From an uncultured Candidatus Saccharibacteria bacterium (GTDB taxonomy: Bacteria; Patescibacteriota; Dojkabacteria; SC72), in contig CAZZPP010000001.1 of NCBI GenBank assembly GCA_964655705.1, forward strand, positions 90,534-154,533: a DNA stretch of 64,000 nt. The letters run 5' to 3'. The notes beneath the pieces were generated by a model. It was given only the letters and a program-made list of their open reading frames with translations. It had not been told where the DNA came from and did no database searches. A program made the translations under genes and the position numbers. Each line of letters starts with the position of its first letter. Within the stretch, counting starts at the first letter, position 1. Positions 43,417-52,107 of the stretch are shown here, piece by piece.

Positions 43417-44290
43417 TAGCAAAAGTAATAATCCACCCTAAGATACTAATTTGAATTATTCTATCTTTAAAGAGAGTATCTGTGGGGGAGCCACTTTTTT
43501 CAAAAGTAATGGATAATTGTAAATATCTTAATATCCCCATTAACACAAATATCGAAGTTATAAATATATTATCTGATTTGTATCTTATTATTGTTTGTTC
43601 TGAAAGTGTATACATTAAATATGATACTAATGTTACGGCAGAGGTTATTACTAAGATAGAATCGACAAATTGAAGGTTATATCCATCTACAGACTTTCTC
43701 ATGCTCCTTCCGGTTTTTTGAGCTATTAATAAATCATCTCGTCTTTTCGCAAATCCAAGAAATAGTGCAAGTAAAAAGGTCATAATAATAATCCAAGAAT
43801 TAATTCTTATATCACCGGATGCACCTCCAATAAGTATTCTAATAACGAAACCAAGAGCAATAGTAAACACATCAATAATACCAATATGCTTAATCCAGAA
43901 AGTATATAGAATATTAATTGCAGTATAAGTTAAAAATAGGTATAAAACGTCTAGGTTGTTAAAGAATAGGGCAATTAAAATTCCAGAGACAAAGAAGATA
44001 AAGGAAATAGTTTGAGCTTCTTTTACAGATACTTTACCAGAGGCTAAAGGTCGATTTTTCTTTTCAGGATGTTTTTTATCATTTTTGATATCAACGATAT
44101 CATTTAATATATATATTGAACTTGAAACTAGACAAAAGGCGAAAAAAGCAATTAAGTTCTTTTCAAGAATATTAATATCTAGGAACTTAAGGCCAAAAAA
44201 TGTAGGTAGGAAAATAAAGAGATTCTTAACATAATGTTTAATTCTCACTAGTTTCATAAAATCTTTAAGTTCCATCACAGAGAATATCAA
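43400..44290 (-). CDS. decaprenyl-phosphate phosphoribosyltransferase (UbiA family, Rv3806c-like)
   Basis: Match to mycobacterial DPPR synthase along the whole protein: IKHYVKNLFIFLP vs QWVKNVLVLAAP; YILNDIVDIKNDKKHPEKKNRPLASG vs YLVNDVRDVEADREHPTKRFRPIAAG; AKRRDDLLIAQKTGRSMRKS vs GKRYAELHLAERTGAAIRKS. Confidence 0.8.
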   Translation of the reverse strand: MIFSVMELKDFMKLVRIKHYVKNLFIFLPTFFGLKFLDINILEKNLIAFFAFCLVSSSIYILNDIVDIKNDKKHPEKKNRPLASGKVSVKEAQTISFIFFVSGILIALFFNNLDVLYLFLTYTAINILYTFWIKHIGIIDVFTIALGFVIRILIGGASGDIRINSWIIIMTFLLALFLGFAKRRDDLLIAQKTGRSMRKSVDGYNLQFVDSILVITSAVTLVSYLMYTLSEQTIIRYKSDNIFITSIFVLMGILRYLQLSITFEKSGSPTDTLFKDRIIQISILGWIITFAIILYL

Positions 44291-44351
44291 ATATTGCTTT
44301 CTTCTTCAACCTAAAATATAATTTTGTATCTAATCAGATTGTTTTTATCAT

Positions 44352-46046
44352 ATGACAATAAAAAACTTTTTTAGCGACAGGAAAAATATAGCTGATATAC
44401 TACTATTTTTAACTTCTCATATATTATTACTGTCATTTTTTATTTTACTTATTACTAGTGTTTTTTTCTTTCTTGGTGGTGTAATAAATGTTTTTATTTT
44501 TCCGCTATCTTTTCTATTAAGTAGTATTATTTGTTCTATTTATTACAAAGGATTTTTTAAAAAAGGTTCAGTTATTAATATTATTATAGCGACACTTCTC
44601 TTGGTTCTTATTTACGTCACTTCATATTTTTTAGCTGACAATTTTTATGATATATCTTGGGATGGACAAGAGTATCATCAGGAAATAATTATTCAGCTTT
44701 CTGAAAACGAATGGAATCCTATTAAAGAAGATGTTCCTGAATCCGTAGATGAATATATGAAACCATGGGTGAAGCATTACCCTAAGAGCTCAGAGATATT
44801 AGCATCGTCCGTATTTGAAATTACGAATTTTATAGAATCTGGGAAAATTTTTAACCTACTTTTTATATTTACATCCTTCTTTCTCATTTTGGGACTTATT
44901 TTGAAATATTCTAGTATTAGCTTATTTATAGCAATATTATTATCTTTTTCTAGTGCTTTTAGTCCCGTATCAGTATATCAATCTCTTTCATATTATGTAG
45001 ATGGTCAAGTGGCTTCTATGGCGCTGATACTCTTTGGCTTAATTTTCCTTATTATCAAATCAAAAAATGAAAAACACCTTATTCTTTGGATAAGTGCAAT
45101 GGTACTTTTAATCAATCTTAAATTTACAGGGGTAGCATTTACAGGTTTGGCTTGTATATGTTTGCTTGGTTTCTCATTATTTCAAGAGAACAAAAGATTT
45201 ATAAAAAAGATATTCTTAGCAGAGATTATTGGAGTAGTGATAGCTATTTTTCTTGTTGGCTTTAGTCCATATATTGAAAACACATATGAAAAAGGACATC
45301 CATTTTATCCATTGGGTGGAAGGGAGGCAAGAGATATCACCTCTGGAATTACACCGATTGAGATAGTTGAATTAAAAGGGGTTAGAAGGTTTGTTGTATC
45401 ATACTTTACATTAACTAATGACGGGGAAAGAATATATCCGAGATTACCATTTATACCGAACCCAAATTTAGGACAATTCCCAAGAACTTATGGAGATGCT
45501 CGTGTAAGTGGAGAGGGTTTGTTCTTTATGGAAATCTTCATTATTGCAGCACTATTATTTTTTAAGATACTACTTGTAGATAGAGATAAGAAAAGAAATT
45601 TTTATCTGTTGATTTCCCTATTCTTCCTGATTGTAGGAGTAGTAGTTGTTCCTGACAATTGGTGGGCGAGATATGTTCCTTTTCTTTATTTGATACCTTG
45701 GACTATTTTAGTGTTTTCTATTTGGGATAAAAAGAAAATGTGTTTTCTTTCACAATTATTACTTTTTGTAATGCTTCTAAATAGTTGTACAGAAATTGTA
45801 AAGTATATTAAACCTCAAATTTATTCAACACAAGTAATAAATTATGTAATAGAGGAAGCAAATTCTTCATCTGATTCAGTTGTAGTATTCTCTCCATCTG
45901 GATTCTTTTATAACAATATTGAGAGATTTGTGGAGAATGGGATAGATTATGAAATAGTTAAAGATGAAACTAAATGGTTGTCTATTGAGGGAGAATTATA
46001 TACATTCCCAAATTCAGATTTATTTATTAAAATATTTAAGGAATAA
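44352..46046 (+). CDS. large polytopic membrane protein, candidate GT-C glycosyltransferase
   Basis: 564 aa with ~12 TM helices and a C-terminal soluble domain, divergent from the DPPR synthase gene. The fold assignment is inferred from context only. Confidence 0.4.
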   Translation: MTIKNFFSDRKNIADILLFLTSHILLLSFFILLITSVFFFLGGVINVFIFPLSFLLSSIICSIYYKGFFKKGSVINIIIATLLLVLIYVTSYFLADNFYDISWDGQEYHQEIIIQLSENEWNPIKEDVPESVDEYMKPWVKHYPKSSEILASSVFEITNFIESGKIFNLLFIFTSFFLILGLILKYSSISLFIAILLSFSSAFSPVSVYQSLSYYVDGQVASMALILFGLIFLIIKSKNEKHLILWISAMVLLINLKFTGVAFTGLACICLLGFSLFQENKRFIKKIFLAEIIGVVIAIFLVGFSPYIENTYEKGHPFYPLGGREARDITSGITPIEIVELKGVRRFVVSYFTLTNDGERIYPRLPFIPNPNLGQFPRTYGDARVSGEGLFFMEIFIIAALLFFKILLVDRDKKRNFYLLISLFFLIVGVVVVPDNWWARYVPFLYLIPWTILVFSIWDKKKMCFLSQLLLFVMLLNSCTEIVKYIKPQIYSTQVINYVIEEANSSSDSVVVFSPSGFFYNNIERFVENGIDYEIVKDETKWLSIEGELYTFPNSDLFIKIFKE

Positions 46047-46085
46047 GCAACTTTATGAATGAAGCAAATCTGAAATATTATAATA

Positions 46086-46916
46086 TTATCGCATTTGATC
46101 AGTAACATACTCAGTATTCATTATTCTCCAGTAGTCAGGGCCATACTTTTTACCTAGAACTAAGTCCATATTTTTTTGTGCCAATCTTTCTCTTTTGTTT
46201 GATGTCATATTCATTCTTTTCATCTTATACCCAACATTTGTTTCTTTACGAACTTGAATGCTCTCGTCAATCCAAATTGTTCTCCCTGATTTTCTTGCCA
46301 AATAGCAGGTTTCTACATCAATACCCCATGCATATGTGAGTTCTTTATCAAATCTCCCAATGCTATTAAACCAATCTGCTCTATAAAGAGAACATATATT
46401 ATCAATAAAGAAAGTTTGCCTAAATTGCACTTTAGTACTCCTATTTTTTAAATGATTCCAATATGTTGTAGAATCTTCTGTTAATGATGCATGAACTCCA
46501 ATTGCATTGTCATCTTGTAATAATTGTTTAATCATTGAAGAAACAGGTTTCTTTGTTTGTTTAACGAATTCTGTGCTAGTAATTAAGAACATATATGCAA
46601 AATAGTTAAAATATTTTTTATCTGATTGCGCTAATCCTTTTAACTATCCATTTGTTGTTTGGACATTGTTTTTAATAAACACATTAGTTTTCTTTGAGGG
46701 TTTTGTTAAATCAGAGCCATTATCTATTAGATAAATATCGATTGGCCAGGTTTCATTCTTTTTCAAGTAATCATAAAGAGCTTCAGCTCTTTCATTCATA
46801 TTGTAATTTACAATAAATACTGCAACTTTTTTTGTTTTCCAATTGATTAATTTTTTAATCCGATCTCTTGACCCCATAAGTGTGTAAAGAATAGAAATAT
46901 TATAATTATTACACAA
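46086..46916 (-). pseudogene. GT2 glycosyltransferase interrupted by an in-frame TAG (46644..46646)
   Basis: The 90-aa ORF (VAVFIVNYNMNE...LIDNGSD, the GT2 N-terminal motif) and the 168-aa ORF are in the same frame (both start at coordinate ≡ 2 mod 3), separated by a single TAG. The conceptual readthrough gives a normal ~276-aa GT2. Confidence 0.6.
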
Positions 46917-47067
46917 ATTGCATTAATTGTAATCAATATCTAAAACCCTGACTTTTCCAAAGGTGAAAACTGTTTGCTTGTTTTGTTTTTAAGTTGTAAA
47001 AAAAATATACTCTATAGTACCCTATATTAGTTCTACTAAGGCTATCTAACTTTATCTATATATAAAC

Positions 47068-48081
47068 ATGAAAATCCTAGTAACAGGTGGTGCAGGCTTT
47101 ATTGGCTCCTACTTTATCAAATATTGGCTATCTAAATATCCTAATGACAGTATTACTAATTTAGATAAATTAACATACTGTGGAAATTTAGAAAACCTTA
47201 AAGAAGTAGAAAACAACCCCAATTACAAATTTGTAAAAGGAGACATATGTGACAAAGAATTAGTAATGGAAATAACAAAAGGAATAGATCTCATTGTACA
47301 CTTCGCTGCAGAATCCCATGTAGACAGAAGTATAGAAGGACCACAAGAATTTGTAAAAACAAATGTAGAAGGAACACTAAACCTACTAGAAGCAGCCCTT
47401 GCAAATGGAAATATTAGATTCCATCACGTATCAACAGATGAAGTATTTGGAGAACTACCACTAGATGACCCTAACGCTAAGTTTAGTGAAACAACCCCAT
47501 ACTCACCTAAAAGTGTATACTCAGCATCTAAAGCTAGCTCAGACCACCTAGTAAGAGCATATTACCATACACACAAACTACCCATTACAATATCCAACTG
47601 TTCTAACAACTACGGACCTAACCAATTCCCAGAAAAATTAATACCCCTAGCAATAACAAGAGCAATAATGGATGAAGAAATACCAGTATATGGGCAAGGA
47701 ACCCAAGTAAGAGACTGGATACACGTAGAAGACCATTGTAAGGGTATAGAGATGTGTATTCAAAAGGGAGAGATAGGACAAACATATCTATTTGGAGGTA
47801 ATGGAGAGAAACAAAATATATGGATAATTAAAAAGATCCTCGAATATCTAGACAAACCCCAATCCCTAATTGTACATGTAGGAGATAGAAAGGGACATGA
47901 CCTAAGATATGCAATAGATTTTAGTAAATCAAAACAAGAGTTAGGATATATTCCTACTAAATCTGTAGACCAATGGCTAAAAGATACAGTACAGTGGTAT
48001 GTAAACAACCAAGATTGGTGGAAACCACTTAAACCACAAGCAGATATACAAGCAGAGAGATACCTAGAAAAGAGAATATAA
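47068..48081 (+). CDS. rmlB: dTDP-glucose 4,6-dehydratase
   Basis: MKILVTGGAGFIGS Rossmann motif; catalytic HVSTDEVFG and YSASKASSDHLVRAY (YxxxK). Confidence 0.9.
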   Translation: MKILVTGGAGFIGSYFIKYWLSKYPNDSITNLDKLTYCGNLENLKEVENNPNYKFVKGDICDKELVMEITKGIDLIVHFAAESHVDRSIEGPQEFVKTNVEGTLNLLEAALANGNIRFHHVSTDEVFGELPLDDPNAKFSETTPYSPKSVYSASKASSDHLVRAYYHTHKLPITISNCSNNYGPNQFPEKLIPLAITRAIMDEEIPVYGQGTQVRDWIHVEDHCKGIEMCIQKGEIGQTYLFGGNGEKQNIWIIKKILEYLDKPQSLIVHVGDRKGHDLRYAIDFSKSKQELGYIPTKSVDQWLKDTVQWYVNNQDWWKPLKPQADIQAERYLEKRI

Positions 48082-48221
48082 ATATATAAAATCCATAAAT
48101 TTGGCCTAATTTGTGGAATCAATTCCTTGAATTAGGCCTAAAATATACAGTTAAATGTTGAAAAAGGCTGAAATGATTGTAAATACCGGATAAATTGGAA
48201 TGTGTATATAGTATTAAAGTG

Positions 48222-48250
48222 TTGACAATCGTACAAATTAGGCGTAATAT
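48222..48250 (+). promoter_or_regulatory. near-consensus sigma70 promoter TTGACA-N17-TAATAT upstream of the AAA ATPase gene
   Basis: Hexamers and 17-nt spacer read directly. Flanked by repeated CGTACAAATTA(G/A)GC motifs (48230.. and 48262..) and an upstream inverted repeat GGCCTAATT...AATTAGGCC (~48100..48142). Confidence 0.55.
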
Positions 48251-48282
48251 GTACGATATAACGTACAAATTAAGCATAAAAT

Positions 48283-49419
48283 ATGCAGTATAAAATTAAA
48301 AGAACAATAGAAGGATCAATCAGAAACGACTTTTTTAAAGGGAAAGTTATAATCATAGCAGGACCTAGACAAGTTGGTAAAACTACCCTTGTTGAACATC
48401 TTCTTAAGAATTCTACAAATGTAATTACATTTAATGGTGATAGCAGGAAAGATCGTAACTCTCTTGCTAAAAATGATTTTGAGTTTATGAATAAGCTTAT
48501 CGGTGAAAATGAGATTGTATTTATTGACGAAGCTCAAAAGGTAGAAGAAATCGGAAATACTCTTAAACTATTAGTAGATAAGTATAAAGAAGAGAAACAA
48601 ATAATAGCTACAGGCTCTTCTAGTCTTAATCTCTTATCTAATACTTCAGAACCTTTAACAGGCAGGAAGTTTGTATACGAATTATATCCATTATCAGTTG
48701 GTGAGATATATTCTCAAAGACATCCTCTTGATTTAGATAAGGAATTAGAGAACTTGTTAATATATGGTTCGTACCCAGATATATATAATGGGAGTCTTAA
48801 ACTAAAGGAGAATCGTCTTGTTGAAATTTCCAGAAGTTATCTATACAAAGATATCTTAGAATTGGAAGAGGTAAGGAATTCCTCTTCGATTGACAAGCTT
48901 CTTTCGGCATTAGCTTTGCAAATTGGCTCAGAAGTATCACTTAGGGAATTAAGTAACCTTTTAAATTTACATATTGGTACAGTAGAAAGATATATTGATC
49001 TATTAGAAAAAAACTACGTAATCTTTAGATTGCCACCATATTACACTAATGAAAGAAAAGTACTTTCTAAACAAAACAAAATATATTTCTATGACTTAGG
49101 TATTAGAAATGCGTTAATAAATAATTTTAATCCATTAAGTAAAAGAAATGATAGAGGGGCTCTATGGGAAAATTTTCTCATTATTGAAAGGATGAAATTA
49201 AATGCATATACCAATAGATATGTCTCTAAATTCTTCTGGAGAACATATGATGGAGCTGAGATTGACTATATCGAAAAATATGCAGATTCTCTAGATGGTT
49301 TTGAATTTAAATGGAGTAAGGTTAAGAATGCTCCTAAAAGTTGGCTTGAATATACCAATGCCAAATATGAGTTAATAAATATGGACAATTTTAAGAAGTT
49401 TTTAAAGATATCTAAATAA
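48283..49419 (+). CDS. AAA+ ATPase with DUF4143 domain (COG1373 family)
   Basis: Walker A IIIAGPRQVGKTTL, Walker B VFIDEAQK, and the C-terminal DUF4143-like region. Confidence 0.8.
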   Translation: MQYKIKRTIEGSIRNDFFKGKVIIIAGPRQVGKTTLVEHLLKNSTNVITFNGDSRKDRNSLAKNDFEFMNKLIGENEIVFIDEAQKVEEIGNTLKLLVDKYKEEKQIIATGSSSLNLLSNTSEPLTGRKFVYELYPLSVGEIYSQRHPLDLDKELENLLIYGSYPDIYNGSLKLKENRLVEISRSYLYKDILELEEVRNSSSIDKLLSALALQIGSEVSLRELSNLLNLHIGTVERYIDLLEKNYVIFRLPPYYTNERKVLSKQNKIYFYDLGIRNALINNFNPLSKRNDRGALWENFLIIERMKLNAYTNRYVSKFFWRTYDGAEIDYIEKYADSLDGFEFKWSKVKNAPKSWLEYTNAKYELINMDNFKKFLKISK

Positions 49420-49436
49420 TATTTAAAAATACAAAT

Positions 49437-50525
49437 ATGAAAGCACTCATACTAGCAGGAGGAAGAGGAACTAGACTAAGACCACTTACTCATACAAAAA
49501 ATAAACACGCTCTACCAATAGGGAATAGACCAATGATAGAGAGAATAATTAGAGATGCAATAGATTTAGATATTAAAGATATCATAATAAATATCAATAA
49601 AGGAGATAAAGAAATACCAGAACTACTTGGAGATGGAAGCAAATTTGGAAAAAATATTAAAATACACTACATAGAACAACCAGAACCCAATGGAATGATG
49701 TATCCCATTAAATTAGCACAAAAACTCATAGGAGATGATGACTTTCTTTTCTCTGCAGGAGACAATATCCTAACAGGAGGACTTAAACAACATTACAAAG
49801 ATTTTAAAAAGAAAAAATCAGATGCACATGTATTAGTAGTCAAAAGACCAGACTATCAAAACTTTGGAGTAGCTGTAATGAAAGGAGACAAGATAGTAAA
49901 GACTGTAGAAAAACCACAAGAATATGTAAGTGATTTAGTACTCTCTGCTATTTACTTCTTTACTCCAGCAGTATTTAAAGCATTTAAATATGCTAAACCA
50001 ATAGATCCAAAGGGTACTGGAAAACCAGAGTACTACCCACCAGTAATAAATAACTGGTTGATAGAAAATGGATATACCTTTACAGCATCAGAGGTAACAG
50101 GATGGTGGAAAGATACAGGAGCTCCTGAAGACATATTACTAGCTAACAGACTAATACTAGAAAAAGAAGTACTTACTATTGAAGATGGAGATATTACAGA
50201 TAGTCAAATAGAGGGAAATGTAGAAATTAAAAAGGGTGCTAAAGTAACAAACAGTGTACTAAGAGGACCCATATCCATAGCAGAAGATGTAGTAGTAGAG
50301 AATGCATATATTGGTCCTTTTACATCTATAGGGGCAGGAAGTATTGTAAAAAATGTAGAGATAGAAAACAGTATACTAATGGGTAATTGTAATGTACATG
50401 ATATAGATAGAAGATTAGATAGTTGTTTAATTGGGTGGGATGCAGAAGTAACAAGTAAGAATGGTCATCCTAAAGCAGATAGCATGTATATTGGAGATAA
50501 CTCCATAGTTCAACTTAGTAAATAG
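49437..50525 (+). CDS. rmlA: glucose-1-phosphate thymidylyltransferase, long form with C-terminal left-handed beta-helix
   Basis: MKALILAGGRGTRLRPLT nucleotidyltransferase motif; ~120-aa C-terminal hexapeptide-repeat extension as in archaeal-type long RmlA/sugar-1-P nucleotidyltransferases. Confidence 0.75.
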   Translation: MKALILAGGRGTRLRPLTHTKNKHALPIGNRPMIERIIRDAIDLDIKDIIININKGDKEIPELLGDGSKFGKNIKIHYIEQPEPNGMMYPIKLAQKLIGDDDFLFSAGDNILTGGLKQHYKDFKKKKSDAHVLVVKRPDYQNFGVAVMKGDKIVKTVEKPQEYVSDLVLSAIYFFTPAVFKAFKYAKPIDPKGTGKPEYYPPVINNWLIENGYTFTASEVTGWWKDTGAPEDILLANRLILEKEVLTIEDGDITDSQIEGNVEIKKGAKVTNSVLRGPISIAEDVVVENAYIGPFTSIGAGSIVKNVEIENSILMGNCNVHDIDRRLDSCLIGWDAEVTSKNGHPKADSMYIGDNSIVQLSK

Positions 50526-50626
50526 TAAATACAAAGAAAAAAAGTGGGAGGCGTCGCTCAGCACCTCGTAAGTGCAGGGTCGTATTCTCCCTCATGATTA
50601 CTCCAATTATATCACGGTTACTTTTT

Positions 50627-50635
50627 TGATATAAT
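50627..50635 (+). promoter_or_regulatory. extended -10 promoter element TGaTATAAT upstream of rmlC
   Basis: Read directly, 28 nt upstream of the rmlC ATG; no good -35. Confidence 0.3.
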
Positions 50636-50663
50636 GCTCATAGTAATTTTTTAACTCTCTTGC

Positions 50664-51221
50664 ATGGAATTCGAAAAAAACATCAATGGTATAGAAGGAT
50701 TAGTAGTGATTACCCCTAAAGTATTTGGCGATGAGAGAGGTTTTTTTAAAGAAACATTCAATGAAAGAGAATTTAAAGAAAATGGAATAGATATCCACTG
50801 GATACAAGCTAATCATTCAAGATCTAGTAAAGGAGTATTAAGAGGATTACATTGGCAAAAGCAACCTCATGCACAAGATAAATTAGTAAGAGTAACAACA
50901 GGAAGAGTATTAGATGTAGCAGTAGATATTAGAAAGGATTCTCCCACATTTGGTAAGTATGCAATGGTTGAATTAACAGAAGATAATCATAAGATGTTTT
51001 TACTACCTGCAGGATTTGCTCATGGTTTTGTAGCATTAAGTGATGTTGTAGATTTTGAATATAAGGTGGGGACAAGTACATACAACAAAGAAAGTGATAG
51101 GGGGATAATATACAATGATCCAGATATAGGTATACAGTGGGGAGTAGATAATCCTTTAGTATCTGAAAAAGATGGGAGTGCTCCATTACTTAAAGATATA
51201 GATCCTTCTGACCTTTTTTAA
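50664..51221 (+). CDS. rmlC: dTDP-4-dehydrorhamnose 3,5-epimerase
   Basis: Cupin fold with RGFFKETFN and the HWQKQP/His-Asp catalytic region. Confidence 0.9.
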   Translation: MEFEKNINGIEGLVVITPKVFGDERGFFKETFNEREFKENGIDIHWIQANHSRSSKGVLRGLHWQKQPHAQDKLVRVTTGRVLDVAVDIRKDSPTFGKYAMVELTEDNHKMFLLPAGFAHGFVALSDVVDFEYKVGTSTYNKESDRGIIYNDPDIGIQWGVDNPLVSEKDGSAPLLKDIDPSDLF

Positions 51222-51238
51222 TTTAAATATTTTTAATA

Positions 51239-52087
51239 ATGAGTAAGAAAGTATTAGTATTTGGTTCAAATGGAATGTTAGGAAATTACCTTTCTAAATT
51301 ACTAGAAAGTGAAGGGTATGAAGTTCTAAGAAATGATATATCCAAAGGAGGAATAGATATAACAGAGCAACAACAGGTAAGAGACTTGATATTTGAATCA
51401 GGCGTAGAGCATGTAGTAAATTGCGCTGCATATACTAATGTAAATAAGGCAGAGGGAGAGGATAGGGAGATAGCATTTAAAGTTAACGCTAATGCTCCAA
51501 AATATATGGCTCAGGCATGTAATGAGATGGGGATACAATTTGTACATGTATCTACAGATTACATATTTGGAGAAAACCGAAAAGAAGGATATCCAGAGGA
51601 ATACAAAAATTTTAAACCTCTTAGTGTATATGGAGAATCTAAACTACAAGGAGAGTTTAATGTATTAGAAGAGAAACCAAACTCATACATATTTAGAACC
51701 TCATGGCTATTTGGACCAAATGCAACTAACTTTATAGATAAAATATCTAAGTATGCGAAAGAGTTACCAGAACTAAAAGTTGTAACAGATGAGGTTGGAT
51801 GCCCAACATATGTTAAAGATTTAAGTAAAGGTATACTTCTTGCAGTTGAAGAAAAGATTGAACCAGGGATATACCATTTATGTAGTAAGGATCATCTTTC
51901 TAGATATGAATTTGCACAAGAGATTCTAAGTATGCAAGAAATAGATACTCCAATTAAGGAGTGTAAACTAGATGATTTCGAAAGAGCAGCACAAGTTCCA
52001 CATTACTCTGTACTACTCAATACTAAACTTCCGGAAGCAAGAAGTTACAAAGATATGTTAAGTGATTATTTTTCAGAAAAAGAGTAA
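51239..52087 (+). CDS. rmlD: dTDP-4-dehydrorhamnose reductase
   Basis: VLVFGSNGMLG Rossmann motif; YGESK catalytic Tyr-Lys; ~280 aa. Confidence 0.85.
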   Translation: MSKKVLVFGSNGMLGNYLSKLLESEGYEVLRNDISKGGIDITEQQQVRDLIFESGVEHVVNCAAYTNVNKAEGEDREIAFKVNANAPKYMAQACNEMGIQFVHVSTDYIFGENRKEGYPEEYKNFKPLSVYGESKLQGEFNVLEEKPNSYIFRTSWLFGPNATNFIDKISKYAKELPELKVVTDEVGCPTYVKDLSKGILLAVEEKIEPGIYHLCSKDHLSRYEFAQEILSMQEIDTPIKECKLDDFERAAQVPHYSVLLNTKLPEARSYKDMLSDYFSEKE

Positions 52088-52107
52088 ATAATTTAAATAT
52101 TCTTAAT

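Noticed and set aside
46644-46646. In-frame TAG considered as evidence for a stop-codon-reassigned genetic code (e.g. code 25 or other candidate-phylum recodings)
   Set aside because: TAG, TGA and TAA all terminate other well-defined genes in the window at positions consistent with full-length homologues (TAG ends trmD; TGA ends the first membrane ORF; TAA ends lysS). The standard code applies and this is a gene-specific lesion.
50543-50592. GC-rich element considered as a third tRNA gene
   Set aside because: It is only ~50 nt and cannot be folded into a full cloverleaf with acceptor, D, anticodon and T arms; at best it is a tRNA-like fragment. Reported only as a low-interest structured element.
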